A stretch of DNA of 24,000 nucleotides. It comes from Vibrio phage vB_ValS_X1. The stretch lies in sequence record MT442039.1. One strand, 5' to 3'. Below are positions 15,412-21,811 of the stretch, one piece after another (positions within the stretch are counted from its first letter, which is position 1; each line of letters opens with the position of its first letter). The position numbers were made by a program, and so were the translations under genes. The notes beneath the pieces were generated by a model, which worked only from the letters and a program-made list of their open reading frames with translations, did not search any database and was not told the DNA's origin.

Positions 15412-15490
15412 GGGGTGTGATAGCTTTTGTGACTTAACCTTGAGAGATTAGGAGTAAGTGAAAGTTTATCGGGTTTATCCAGCCCCTCCA
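15412..15490 (+). ncRNA. tRNA-sized RNA element with GGGG/CCCC closing stem and UCCA 3' end, non-canonical interior
   Basis: GGGGTGT...AGCCCCTCCA; ACTTA/TAAGT arm with inner CCT/AGG; no TTCRANN T-loop. Confidence 0.45.
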
Positions 15491-15496
15491 AATTAT

Positions 15497-15569
15497 GGAC
15501 AGATGGTGTAACGTAACACGCTAGTCAACCAAAGACTAGAGCTGGGGTTATAATCCCCAATGTCCGCCA
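15497..15569 (+). tRNA. Divergent tRNA, probably Trp (CCA)
   Basis: GGACA/TGTCC acceptor, D-stem GTGT/ACAC with no GG, CTAGTC-AACCAAA-GACTAG, T-arm TGGGG-TTATAAT-CCCCA, GCCA. Confidence 0.6.
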
Positions 15570-15575
15570 AATAAT

Positions 15576-15652
15576 AGCGGGTTAGTTTAATAGGCAAAAC
15601 GTCGGAATTTGACTCCGAAGTCTGTAGGGTTCGAATCCCTCACCCGCCGCCA
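15576..15652 (+). tRNA. tRNA-Gln (TTG)
   Basis: GCGGGT/ACCCGC acceptor with weak A1:C72, D-stem GTTT/AAAC, TCGGA-ATTTGAC-TCCGA, T-loop TTCGAAT, GCCA. Confidence 0.88.
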
Positions 15653-16826
15653 AAGAGGAGACACCAGAGCCTTGCAACAGTTCTGGTATGGGGTGGCTAG
15701 CAAGAGCCTGCCCACAGGGTGTCTAGTATATGCACTCACGGTCGATGCCCTTGGAAGATAGGGAATATATAAAGCCGCCGATACCTTCGGGTTAGGGGCT
15801 TCGGAAGTTCGCTTCTGGATTCTAGCAAGTCCGCTATAGACCGTGCCGAAAGGCAGCGCACGGGGAATCACAAAAGTGTACTTGTACATTTTCGGCTGTA
15901 TCTGGTCGTTAGAATAATCTATCGAAAGGTAGGAAGGGCATTACCCACCCAGGGTGTCGCCGCTAATCTACGGATTAGTAAGGTTCATGGATAAAAGTAC
16001 GAGACTCCTAGATATAATTTACCTCTAGGGCTTCCCGAAAGAAAAAGGGGAGAAAAGTCAAGAAAACTAGAGCGAGGTTCGTAGGTAGGGTATGCCTATG
16101 GATACTGGGAAGATAACCAAGAGCCCTAAAGAAGACCGCAATCTTCTGCCTCGATGCAACTCTGGAAGACCGACGAAAGTCTAACGTATAACACATTAGT
16201 GCGAGCAGTCATGTAAGTGCGGTGTGTACCAAAACAAGGTTGGGTTGAAGAATCTAAATCTTGCAAGGAGTTTAGTAGCGGGAACGTGAACGACATGACT
16301 GAGTGGAATATCCGGTTATCCAAAAGGTAACGGGCTCCTGTGGGGACACTCAGTTGGGATGCTTAATATACAATGAACTAGACAGTTAATCTAATCTTCA
16401 TAGGATTTATATAAAAGCAAAAGAGCCCCACGGTACATGTTGAAAGGCGGTTAATTCCTAGCCCCCTCAAGGAACTAGGAGCATAGAAGGTCGCAAGCCT
16501 GATATGTTTTATCGGAAAAAGAATTTAGCGTCTTAGCGGATGCGAACGGGTCGCAAGCTCGGAAGGAATGGAACGATAGAGTAAACATGTATGACACTCC
16601 CACAGCATGGAGTCTAAATACTGCACCGCTGTTCGGATACCAGTGAGAACTGGTGGATAAGCCCTAAGACATACGGGTAGTGAAAGACCGGACAATGTAA
16701 GCCGTAATCTCAGGCTGAATATTTTGAGGATTCTTTGAGTTGCATTCCTGTTAGCGTCATTGTTCCCTAGCCTTTCGGTGGTGGGCGTAGTGCCAGCATC
16801 CTGAGTGCAACCCATCAAAGAATAAA
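15653..16826 (+). ncRNA. Large (~1.17 kb) ORF-free structured RNA region between tRNA-Gln and tRNA-Leu; GOLLD/ROOL-like candidate or new family
   Basis: Many local helices: CGGAAG-TTCG-CTTCTG(15802-17), CCGTG..GCC-GAAA-GGC..CACGG(15841-63), CTAATC-TACG-GATTAG(15963-78), CCTAGA/TCTAGG(16007-12/16024-29), ACCAGT-GAGA-ACTGGT(16639-54), terminal ATTCTTTG/CAAAGAAT + GTTGCA/TGCAAC(16730-16823). No plus-strand ORF in the track. Confidence 0.65.
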
Positions 16827-16903
16827 GCTCGGGTGGCGGAATTGGCATACGCGCTGGACTTAGAATCCAGATTTTGAGAGTTCGAGTCTCTCCCCGAGTA
16901 CCA
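16827..16903 (+). tRNA. tRNA-Leu (TAG) with short variable loop
   Basis: GCTCGGG/CCCGAGT acceptor, GCGGAATTGGCATACGC D-arm, CTGGA-CTTAGAA-TCCAG, variable ATTTT, GAGAG-TTCGAGT-CTCTC, ACCA. Confidence 0.9.
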
Positions 16904-16910
16904 AATTTAA

Positions 16911-16935
16911 GGGGCGAGAAATCGCCCCATTTTTC
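16911..16935 (+). terminator. Rho-independent terminator-like hairpin inside the tRNA array
   Basis: GGGGCGA-GAAA-TCGCCCC-ATTTTTC. Confidence 0.7.
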
Positions 16936-16940
16936 TCTCC

Positions 16941-17017
16941 GCTCGCGTGGTCAAATTGGCATAGGCAGTAGACTTAAAATCTACGGTATGTGGGTTCGAA
17001 TCCCACCGCGAGTACCA
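16941..17017 (+). tRNA. tRNA-Leu (TAA) with short variable loop
   Basis: GCTCGCG/CGCGAGT acceptor, GTAGA-CTTAAAA-TCTAC, variable GGTAT, GTGGG-TTCGAAT-CCCAC, ACCA. Confidence 0.9.
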
Positions 17018-17149
17018 AGTTCTAGGAGACCTGTTAAGAGCCTCACTGGTCTTTAAAGTATCGAAAGAGGTCTGCGCTACACGTGGCATACGTTAGACCG
17101 TAAGGGTTAGAAATATGTCGGAGCATGGGAGCAGCATGCCACTAACAAA
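17018..17149 (+). ncRNA. Possible structured segment between tRNA-Leu and tRNA-Ser
   Basis: AGACC/GGTCT, GGTCT/AGACC, GCATG-GGAGCAG-CATGC, TTCTA/TAGAA pairings; no plus-strand ORF confined to the segment. Confidence 0.35.
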
Positions 17150-17246
17150 GGAAGAGTAAGCCGAAAGATTCTGGGTAACGGCACTTGTCTTGAAAACAAG
17201 CAGTCACTTAACGGGCGTGTGGGTTCGAATCCCACTTCTTCCGCCA
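17150..17246 (+). tRNA. tRNA-Ser (TGA), class II
   Basis: GGAAGAG/TTCTTCC acceptor, D-stem GCCG/CGGC, CTTGT-CTTGAAA-ACAAG, long variable region, GTGGG-TTCGAAT-CCCAC, GCCA. Confidence 0.88.
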
Positions 17247-17251
17247 ACAAT

Positions 17252-17329
17252 GGGGTTTATAGGGTCGATCGGGTACTAGATAAACGAAGATGAATGAGGT
17301 TATAGCGTCATACCGCCTCAACCCCACCA
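17252..17329 (+). ncRNA. tRNA-sized RNA element with GGGGTT/AACCCC stem and ACCA end, no canonical T-arm
   Basis: GGGGTT(17252-57)...AACCCCACCA; internal TGAGG...CCTCA; spacer AACAATG before it. Confidence 0.45.
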
Positions 17330-17456
17330 AACAAGAGCGTTCAGGAACCATGCCCTGAGGACGCGTATTCGACCTGATGCCGGTCAGCTGCGGTGAGACT
17401 CCGAAGTGTGGAACTATTTATTAAAATCTTCAATAGCTAAACAGCCCAAATTTCTG

Positions 17457-17462
17457 TATAAT
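17457..17462 (+). promoter_or_regulatory. Putative promoter -10 with long conserved upstream box
   Basis: CAATAGCTAAACAGCCCAAATTTCTGTATAATAT nearly matches 21750-21782. Confidence 0.6.
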
Positions 17463-17493
17463 ATATTTATAGAATGAAGAAAGGGCAAGAACG

Positions 17494-17778
17494 ATGGATT
17501 TTAACGAAGAAAAACTAGAGCGTGTTGGTAAGATTGTTCGTGAAATGCGATACAACGGAGCTGTTGTTCACTTTGATGGCGAAAACCCTGACACCGCAGC
17601 GGTAGATGTTCTAGGACACAACACTCGTCGTTTTGTAAACGTCGAGTACGTAGATGAAGCTATCGGTGCTCTAACCATGCGAGCTATGCTGGGTGATACT
17701 TCTAAAGCGGATGCTCTGCTTTACGAAATCCTAATTTGTGCTGGTATCCTACCTGACCCTGACAAAGGAAAAGAGTAA
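17494..17778 (+). CDS. Hypothetical protein
   Basis: 94 aa ORF; TAATG overlap with the next ORF. Confidence 0.65.
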   Translation: MDFNEEKLERVGKIVREMRYNGAVVHFDGENPDTAAVDVLGHNTRRFVNVEYVDEAIGALTMRAMLGDTSKADALLYEILICAGILPDPDKGKE

Positions 17779-17969
17779 TGACTAAGCTAGCAGAGTTAGA
17801 GAAGAAAGTAGCTTCATTAAAGAATGACCACGCTAGAGAAAGACTAGGCAGCCTAATCAGTAAAGGTATGTTTAATGAAGCCCTAGCATATGTAATAGGA
17901 AGCCTAGACTACATAGATTGGTATGAAGAAGAGCAGCGTCTTGAGAGAATCAAGCTACTACTACTTTAA
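17778..17969 (+). CDS. Hypothetical protein
   Basis: 63 aa ORF, start overlaps the previous stop. Confidence 0.6.
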   Translation: MTKLAELEKKVASLKNDHARERLGSLISKGMFNEALAYVIGSLDYIDWYEEEQRLERIKLLLL

Positions 17970-17980
17970 AATAATTTAAA

Positions 17981-18055
17981 GCCTTCAAAGCATTGCTGGC
18001 GATGCACTGGATTTGTAACCCAGTGAATTCGGTTCGATTCCGGATGAGGGCACCA
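17981..18055 (+). tRNA. tRNA-Thr (TGT)
   Basis: GCCTTCA/TGAGGGC acceptor, D-stem GCAT/ATGC, loop TTTGTAA, T-loop TTCGATT, ACCA. Confidence 0.9.
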
Positions 18056-18061
18056 AACAAT

Positions 18062-18134
18062 GTGGGAGGGACGCTGGGCGTCGGTCGGATTCCAAACCCG
18101 TACCTGCTAGGTTCGATTCCTAGCTCCTATGCCA
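18062..18134 (+). tRNA. tRNA-Trp (CCA), tight D-arm
   Basis: GTGGGAG/CTCCTAT acceptor, GACGC-TGG-GCGTC, loop TTCCAAA, CTAGG-TTCGATT-CCTAG, GCCA. Confidence 0.8.
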
Positions 18135-18167
18135 ATTTTGATTCTTTTACTGTATTGAGAAAGTGCT

Positions 18168-18263
18168 ATGGCTCACCGGAGCCCTCTAACGACAGATGAA
18201 CTCACCGCTGCATTTGCATGTGACCAAACCAAGCTACCATGTAGTAGTTATGACCGCAAATAA
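18168..18263 (+). CDS. Possible 31-aa ORF
   Basis: ATG...TAA, MAHRSPLTTDELTAAFACDQTKLPCSSYDRK; weak SD. Confidence 0.25.
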   Translation: MAHRSPLTTDELTAAFACDQTKLPCSSYDRK

Positions 18264-18462
18264 TCCTAATTAAGAGGTCGGGTATACAGAACTAGAGTCC
18301 CTTATTTTATGGTTGTAACCACAACCCAGTCCACCGATACTGATTAGGAAGGCGGTAGGGTAATCCCCGAATACAGATGTATTCGTTAGTATCTAAAAAC
18401 AAGCGCAGTGAGGGGTGACAGCCTATAAGTCGTGTGGAGCAACTGCCTCCCATAGGTACTAA
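18264..18462 (+). ncRNA. Structured non-coding segment before tRNA-Val
   Basis: TCCTAAT(18264-70)/ATTAGGA(18343-49); GGTTGT-AACC-ACAACC; CGAATAC-AGAT-GTATTCG(18368-85); TTAGTA(18386-91)/TACTAA(18457-62) enclosing CCTAT/ATAGG. Confidence 0.6.
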
Positions 18463-18472
18463 CTAATACAAT

Positions 18473-18548
18473 GCACGGTTGGCAGAGCGGCAGATGCGGC
18501 AGATTTACATTCTGTTTGAGGTAGGTTCGATTCCTACACCGTGTACCA
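18473..18548 (+). tRNA. tRNA-Val (TAC)
   Basis: GCACGGT/ACCGTGT acceptor, GCAGA-TTTACAT-TCTGT, GTAGG-TTCGATT-CCTAC, ACCA. Confidence 0.9.
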
Positions 18549-18554
18549 AATTAA

Positions 18555-18630
18555 GCCCCTGTAACTCACCGGGTGAGAGTAGCAAGCTCATAACTTGTTA
18601 GGCAGGGTTCGAGTCCCTGAAGGGGTACCA
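18555..18630 (+). tRNA. tRNA with CAT anticodon (Met or Ile2)
   Basis: GCCCCT/AGGGGT acceptor, GCAAG-CTCATAA-CTTGT, CAGGG-TTCGAGT-CCCTG, ACCA. Confidence 0.9.
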
Positions 18631-18644
18631 GTTAAGGAGCGATC

Positions 18645-18821
18645 ATGGAACATCCATTTATTGTTTATATAAAAGAAGAAGTTAATAAGCTTGATGCGCA
18701 AGTTAGAGCAGCTAGAGCCGAAGACTACCGAAACTCTAATCCGGTGGCTAGAGCCAAAATAAAGCGACTCCTAACCGCCAAGCGAGAATTTGAGACGTTC
18801 CTAGCTCAAGAAAACAACTAA
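18645..18821 (+). CDS. Small hypothetical protein (58 aa)
   Basis: AAGGAG SD, MEHPFIVYIKEEVNKLDAQVRAARAEDYRN... Confidence 0.6.
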   Translation: MEHPFIVYIKEEVNKLDAQVRAARAEDYRNSNPVARAKIKRLLTAKREFETFLAQENN

Positions 18822-18825
18822 TCAC

Positions 18826-18901
18826 GCAGCGATAGCTCCAGCGGTAGAGCACTCGGTTGAAGCCCTTGGTGTCGATGGTTCGAATCCATCTCGCTGCACC
18901 A
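18826..18901 (+). tRNA. tRNA-Phe (GAA)
   Basis: GCAGCGA/TCGCTGC acceptor, GCTC/GAGC D-stem, loop TTGAAGC, T-arm GATGG-TTCGAAT-CCATC, ACCA; two anticodon-stem mismatches. Confidence 0.85.
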
Positions 18902-18907
18902 TATTAT

Positions 18908-18969
18908 GCCCCACTAGTTAGTGGTCTACACTCCGGAGATGGCGGTTCGATTCCGTACGTGGGGCTGCA
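18908..18969 (+). pseudogene. 62-nt truncated tRNA-like element (or tRNA-derived RNA)
   Basis: Perfect 7-bp acceptor GCCCCAC/GTGGGGC and T-loop GG-TTCGATT-CC, but too short for D plus anticodon arms; 3' end UGCA, not CCA. Confidence 0.45.
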
Positions 18970-18984
18970 ATTTAGGAGAACGTA

Positions 18985-19170
18985 ATGTCTAAGTTTGTAC
19001 AATGTAACATCTGTGGTGAGACTCATTTCTGTAACGTAAAAGATTACGTAACTACTACAGGCACCGTACTGGACGTTATAGTGTGTGATGGATGCGGTAA
19101 ATTTTACCGAGAGCCAGAAGATGCTATTAATATGGACAATGGCAAATGGAAGTGGAAGAAAGATGAGTAA
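18985..19170 (+). CDS. Small zinc-ribbon-like protein
   Basis: CNICGETHFC...VCDGCG. Confidence 0.65.
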   Translation: MSKFVQCNICGETHFCNVKDYVTTTGTVLDVIVCDGCGKFYREPEDAINMDNGKWKWKKDE

Positions 19171-19480
19171 AGACCAAGCATTCCAAGAGTGGTTAGACCG
19201 TCAGCCTAAGTGTGACGAATGCGGTAAGCCACAGACTACAATGCACAAGCATTATGAGCATTGTTCTAAGTACGAGCACATAGTTGACGACCATTACGAT
19301 TCCGCATGTATGCGTGGTACATGTAAGCACTGCTTCCCTAACTACGTTGCTAAGGTTACTATGCAAGTTACCGAACAAGAAAAGGCTCTAATAAAAGCAC
19401 TTAGAGACCCTGGTAGTTCAATGGCTGCTATTTACCACCACATAAAGAAAGTAGCGGCTTTCTTTAAGAAAGTACATTAG
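19163..19480 (+). CDS. Cys/His-rich hypothetical protein
   Basis: MSKDQAFQEWLDRQPKCDECGK...CSKYEH...CMRGTCKHCF; the ATG at 19163 overlaps the previous gene; track start 19085 is less likely. Confidence 0.6.
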   Translation: MSKDQAFQEWLDRQPKCDECGKPQTTMHKHYEHCSKYEHIVDDHYDSACMRGTCKHCFPNYVAKVTMQVTEQEKALIKALRDPGSSMAAIYHHIKKVAAFFKKVH

Positions 19481-19587
19481 TTTCAGAACAACAGGAGCAC
19501 CGCCGATTAAGAAGGTAGGGCTCCTGCTGAAAGACCGTTTAACTGAAAGCGCTTGCACGGTCGGAGGGGTTAAAGTCCCCAGCAAGC
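19481..19587 (+). ncRNA. Structured RNA with 13-bp bipartite hairpin and H-type pseudoknot candidate
   Basis: TTTCAG/CTGAAA + CAGGAGC/GCTCCTG; GACCGT(19533-38)/ACGGTC(19557-62) with loop GCTTGC(19551-56) complementary to GCAAGC(19582-87); GGGG-TTAAAGT-CCCC between. Confidence 0.6.
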
Positions 19588-19600
19588 CAACAAATTATTC

Positions 19601-19725
19601 TTTGAGCACTCTGTACAGCTAGTCCCTCTCTTGGTTGAGATACTAGCTCTGTTGGAGTAGTGACCTGAGGAAACCAAAGGCTAGGTTTACACTGAACCCA
19701 AGTCTGCGAGGATAGAGTGCTCAAA
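19601..19725 (+). ncRNA. Structured RNA closed by a perfect 12-bp helix
   Basis: TTTGAGCACTCT(19601-12)/AGAGTGCTCAAA(19714-25); internal AGCTAGT(19617-23)/ACTAGCT(19642-48) and GGTT/AACC. Confidence 0.65.
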
Positions 19726-19734
19726 AAATAAAAC

Positions 19735-19822
19735 GGAAGATAATCCACAACTGGTGTGTGGGACTCCCTGCTAAGGAGATTGCTTGGAAACGGGTGCAGT
19801 TCGATTCTGCTGTCTTCCTCCA
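19735..19822 (+). tRNA. tRNA-Ser (GCT), class II
   Basis: GGAAGAT/GTCTTCC acceptor, loop CTGCTAA, long variable region, GCAG-TTCGATT-CTGC, UCCA. Confidence 0.88.
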
Positions 19823-19837
19823 GTTTAGGAGATAGTA

Positions 19838-20005
19838 ATGTACTACGTATTAGTTAACAAGCAGGGTCACTACCTTGCTAGACTTCAAAGAAGCGTTAAC
19901 ACTTTAACGACCACTAGACACCTGCAAGAGGCTATGTGGTTACTTCATAAAGACTATCGCCCAAAAGGTTTTGAAGTCAAGACACTCAAAATTACAGTTA
20001 AATAG
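19838..20005 (+). CDS. Small hypothetical protein (55 aa)
   Basis: AGGAG SD, MYYVLVNKQGHYLARLQRSVNTLTTTRHLQEAMW... Confidence 0.6.
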   Translation: MYYVLVNKQGHYLARLQRSVNTLTTTRHLQEAMWLLHKDYRPKGFEVKTLKITVK

Positions 20006-20095
20006 AAGATGAACCCTGATGGTGAAGGGGTACGCCTGGAAAGCGTTACGATTGTGGTGACACGGTTTCGGTTCGATTCCGACTTCTTCTGCCAA
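20004..20095 (+). tRNA. tRNA-Ser (GGA), class II
   Basis: AGAAGA/TCTTCT acceptor, TACGC-CTGGAAA-GCGTT, long variable region, TCGG-TTCGATT-CCGA, GCCA. Confidence 0.87.
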
Positions 20096-20117
20096 TTTGA
20101 TTTACAAGAGGTGAAAT

Positions 20118-20426
20118 ATGTTTAAAGGAATTCGTAGATGGTTCCATAAGACTTTCGGTACATGCACTTGGGGAACCCCAATTAAGACTTTTGACTTTGT
20201 GCCTGTGGAACACGCTAATATTCGATATTGCACCCACGAACTGTGTAACAAAACTTGCACTAAAACTGCTGACCTAGACACCATAGCCAAATACAAAGAA
20301 GCCCAAAGAATAGAGCTTGAAAAATCTAGGGTAAGTAAGGCAGCGTCAGAAAAACAGCCAGAGACGGTTGCAGTAGACAAAGCGGCACGTAGAGCAAAGC
20401 GGGCACTGAAACGAAATAAGTCCTAG
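20118..20426 (+). CDS. Hypothetical protein with basic C-terminus
   Basis: 102 aa ORF with GAGG upstream; ends KRALKRNKS. Confidence 0.6.
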   Translation: MFKGIRRWFHKTFGTCTWGTPIKTFDFVPVEHANIRYCTHELCNKTCTKTADLDTIAKYKEAQRIELEKSRVSKAASEKQPETVAVDKAARRAKRALKRNKS

Positions 20427-20434
20427 GAGGGATT

Positions 20435-20596
20435 ATGATTTACTGCAAAGACACTCAAGGCTACCTACGCAGGGTAGCTTATGGAACCTTCAACCAAAAC
20501 TGGAGTCTTATACAGAACCCTGCTAGAGTTAAAGAAATGCTAAGACAGACTCTAAACATCCACACGGACGGAGCAGTCTTGGTACTTGTCAAATAA
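20435..20596 (+). CDS. Small hypothetical protein (53 aa)
   Basis: AGGAGG SD, MIYCKDTQGYLRRVAYGTFNQNWSLIQNPARVKEMLRQ... Confidence 0.6.
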   Translation: MIYCKDTQGYLRRVAYGTFNQNWSLIQNPARVKEMLRQTLNIHTDGAVLVLVK

Positions 20597-20602
20597 CCCC
20601 CA

Positions 20603-20634
20603 GGGGCGCGAACGAAAGTTCTCGCCCTATTTTT
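20603..20634 (+). terminator. Rho-independent terminator
   Basis: GGGGCGcGAAC-GAAA-GTTCtCGCCCT-ATTTTT. Confidence 0.8.
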
Positions 20635-20649
20635 GTATCCGAGGTGTTT

Positions 20650-20937
20650 ATGCCACAATTTAAGAAACGTAATAAAACCTTCCTATCAGAGTCACACGAG
20701 GAATTTGGCAGTGTATCCTGGTATGTTAAGGAAAGAGGTGATTGGGGCTCTGACGTTCAAAGTGAGATTCGCATCACAGACTGTTACAAGGTAGTAACTC
20801 TAGACTTTTGCGCGGAAAGCCCTTCAGACGCTAAAAAGCGCCTAGAAAAGCTAGATACTTTAATTACCGAGCTACAAGAAGCTCGAAAAGCCCTACAAGA
20901 GTGTGTTGATTTACGCTGGAACCGTAAATACATTTAA
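20650..20937 (+). CDS. Hypothetical protein
   Basis: MPQFKKRNKTFLSESHEEFG...; GAGG upstream of the ATG at 20650. Confidence 0.6.
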   Translation: MPQFKKRNKTFLSESHEEFGSVSWYVKERGDWGSDVQSEIRITDCYKVVTLDFCAESPSDAKKRLEKLDTLITELQEARKALQECVDLRWNRKYI

Positions 20938-20967
20938 TCTTTACTAGCCTTTTGTCCGATTTTTCCG

Positions 20968-20973
20968 TATAAT
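20968..20973 (+). promoter_or_regulatory. Putative promoter -10
   Basis: TTTTTCCGTATAATACTTATATAAACTGAAAAGAAGG. Confidence 0.55.
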
Positions 20974-21004
20974 ACTTATATAAACTGAAAAGAAGGGATA
21001 AAAG

Positions 21005-21277
21005 ATGAGCAACCACGTAATCCTAAGCAAAGAACTGTACACTAAGGTAATGGAGCAGCTAAATCAGTTCGCTAACTACCGTGACGATTCTGAAGGAGTA
21101 TTGCAAGGTATTCTGACAGAGGCAGAAGCGGCAAAGCAAGCCAGCGAAGGCGTAGTCCCTGTACATAAAGAAGACTTATCTACTGTAATTTCCCTAGCAG
21201 GTTACGAAGTAGAGTATGCCGACGAAGAAGACCAGAAAACATACGCTAAGCTAGTAGATTTGACTATAGGAGAGTAG
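21005..21277 (+). CDS. Hypothetical protein
   Basis: 90 aa ORF following a promoter-like site. Confidence 0.65.
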   Translation: MSNHVILSKELYTKVMEQLNQFANYRDDSEGVLQGILTEAEAAKQASEGVVPVHKEDLSTVISLAGYEVEYADEEDQKTYAKLVDLTIGE

Positions 21278-21280
21278 GCT

Positions 21281-21544
21281 ATGCAAGGGTGTAAAACTTG
21301 TCACGAACTTTTAGATGTACTATTAGACGAGTGTGACGAGTGTGACCAGTGTGGCAGTACAGACCTGGAACCTGTAGTTGAGTGTGTTCACTGTGGTTGT
21401 TGGGTTTCCGAAGACCACGTAGACAGGGCGGGACTATGCGACTCTCAAGGCAACGACTGTGCCTCTGACCCAGACTTAGTAGATGAGTACGACGGTGAAG
21501 CCGTCGATACTATCTTAGCTCTATCTAAACAACTATTGCGATAG
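21281..21544 (+). CDS. Cysteine-rich zinc-ribbon-like hypothetical protein
   Basis: MQGCKTCHE...CDECDQCGS...CVHCGCWV. Confidence 0.65.
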   Translation: MQGCKTCHELLDVLLDECDECDQCGSTDLEPVVECVHCGCWVSEDHVDRAGLCDSQGNDCASDPDLVDEYDGEAVDTILALSKQLLR

Positions 21545-21552
21545 GAGTGTGT

Positions 21553-21735
21553 ATGCCCCTAACAGAAGGAAAAATGCGTCAAGTACCTAAGCCACCTAGG
21601 CCACCAGGCCTACGGAGTAGAGGGCCAACTAGGGAGCAAGCAGTATCTATGGCCTTTACTGTAGGTACAGTAGTAGGTGTAATCCTGGGCATAGTATTTA
21701 TGTTCGTTGTAACTAGTATAGCAGCTATGCAGTAA
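21553..21735 (+). CDS. Small membrane protein
   Basis: MPLTEGKMRQVPKPP...TVGTVVGVILGIVFMFVVTSI hydrophobic segment. Confidence 0.55.
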   Translation: MPLTEGKMRQVPKPPRPPGLRSRGPTREQAVSMAFTVGTVVGVILGIVFMFVVTSIAAMQ

Positions 21736-21775
21736 ATTATTAAAATCTTTAATAGCTTAGCAGCCCAAATTTCCG

Positions 21776-21781
21776 TATAAT
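21776..21781 (+). promoter_or_regulatory. Putative promoter -10 with conserved upstream box
   Basis: AATAGCTTAGCAGCCCAAATTTCCGTATAATAT matches 17431-17464. Confidence 0.6.
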
Positions 21782-21811
21782 ATCTGTATAAATTGAGAAA
21801 AGGAAACAGAC

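Noticed and set aside
15587-15889. Minus-strand ORF (100 aa) reading through the antisense of tRNA-Gln and the structured RNA
   Set aside because: Ends in ...RRVRDSNPTDFGVKF, the typical antisense translation of a T-arm/acceptor; overlaps a confident plus-strand tRNA.
15653-16826. Group I/II intron in a tRNA or CDS
   Set aside because: Both flanking tRNAs are complete and unsplit, no intron-encoded protein or recognisable catalytic core; still worth a covariance-model check.
16525-16848. Minus-strand 107-aa ORF over the large RNA
   Set aside because: Overlaps tRNA-Leu and strong RNA hairpins, no recognisable domain, no RBS noted.
16874-17056. Plus-strand 60-aa ORF MRVRVSPRVPNLRGEK...
   Set aside because: Consists of two tRNA-Leu genes and a terminator read as protein.
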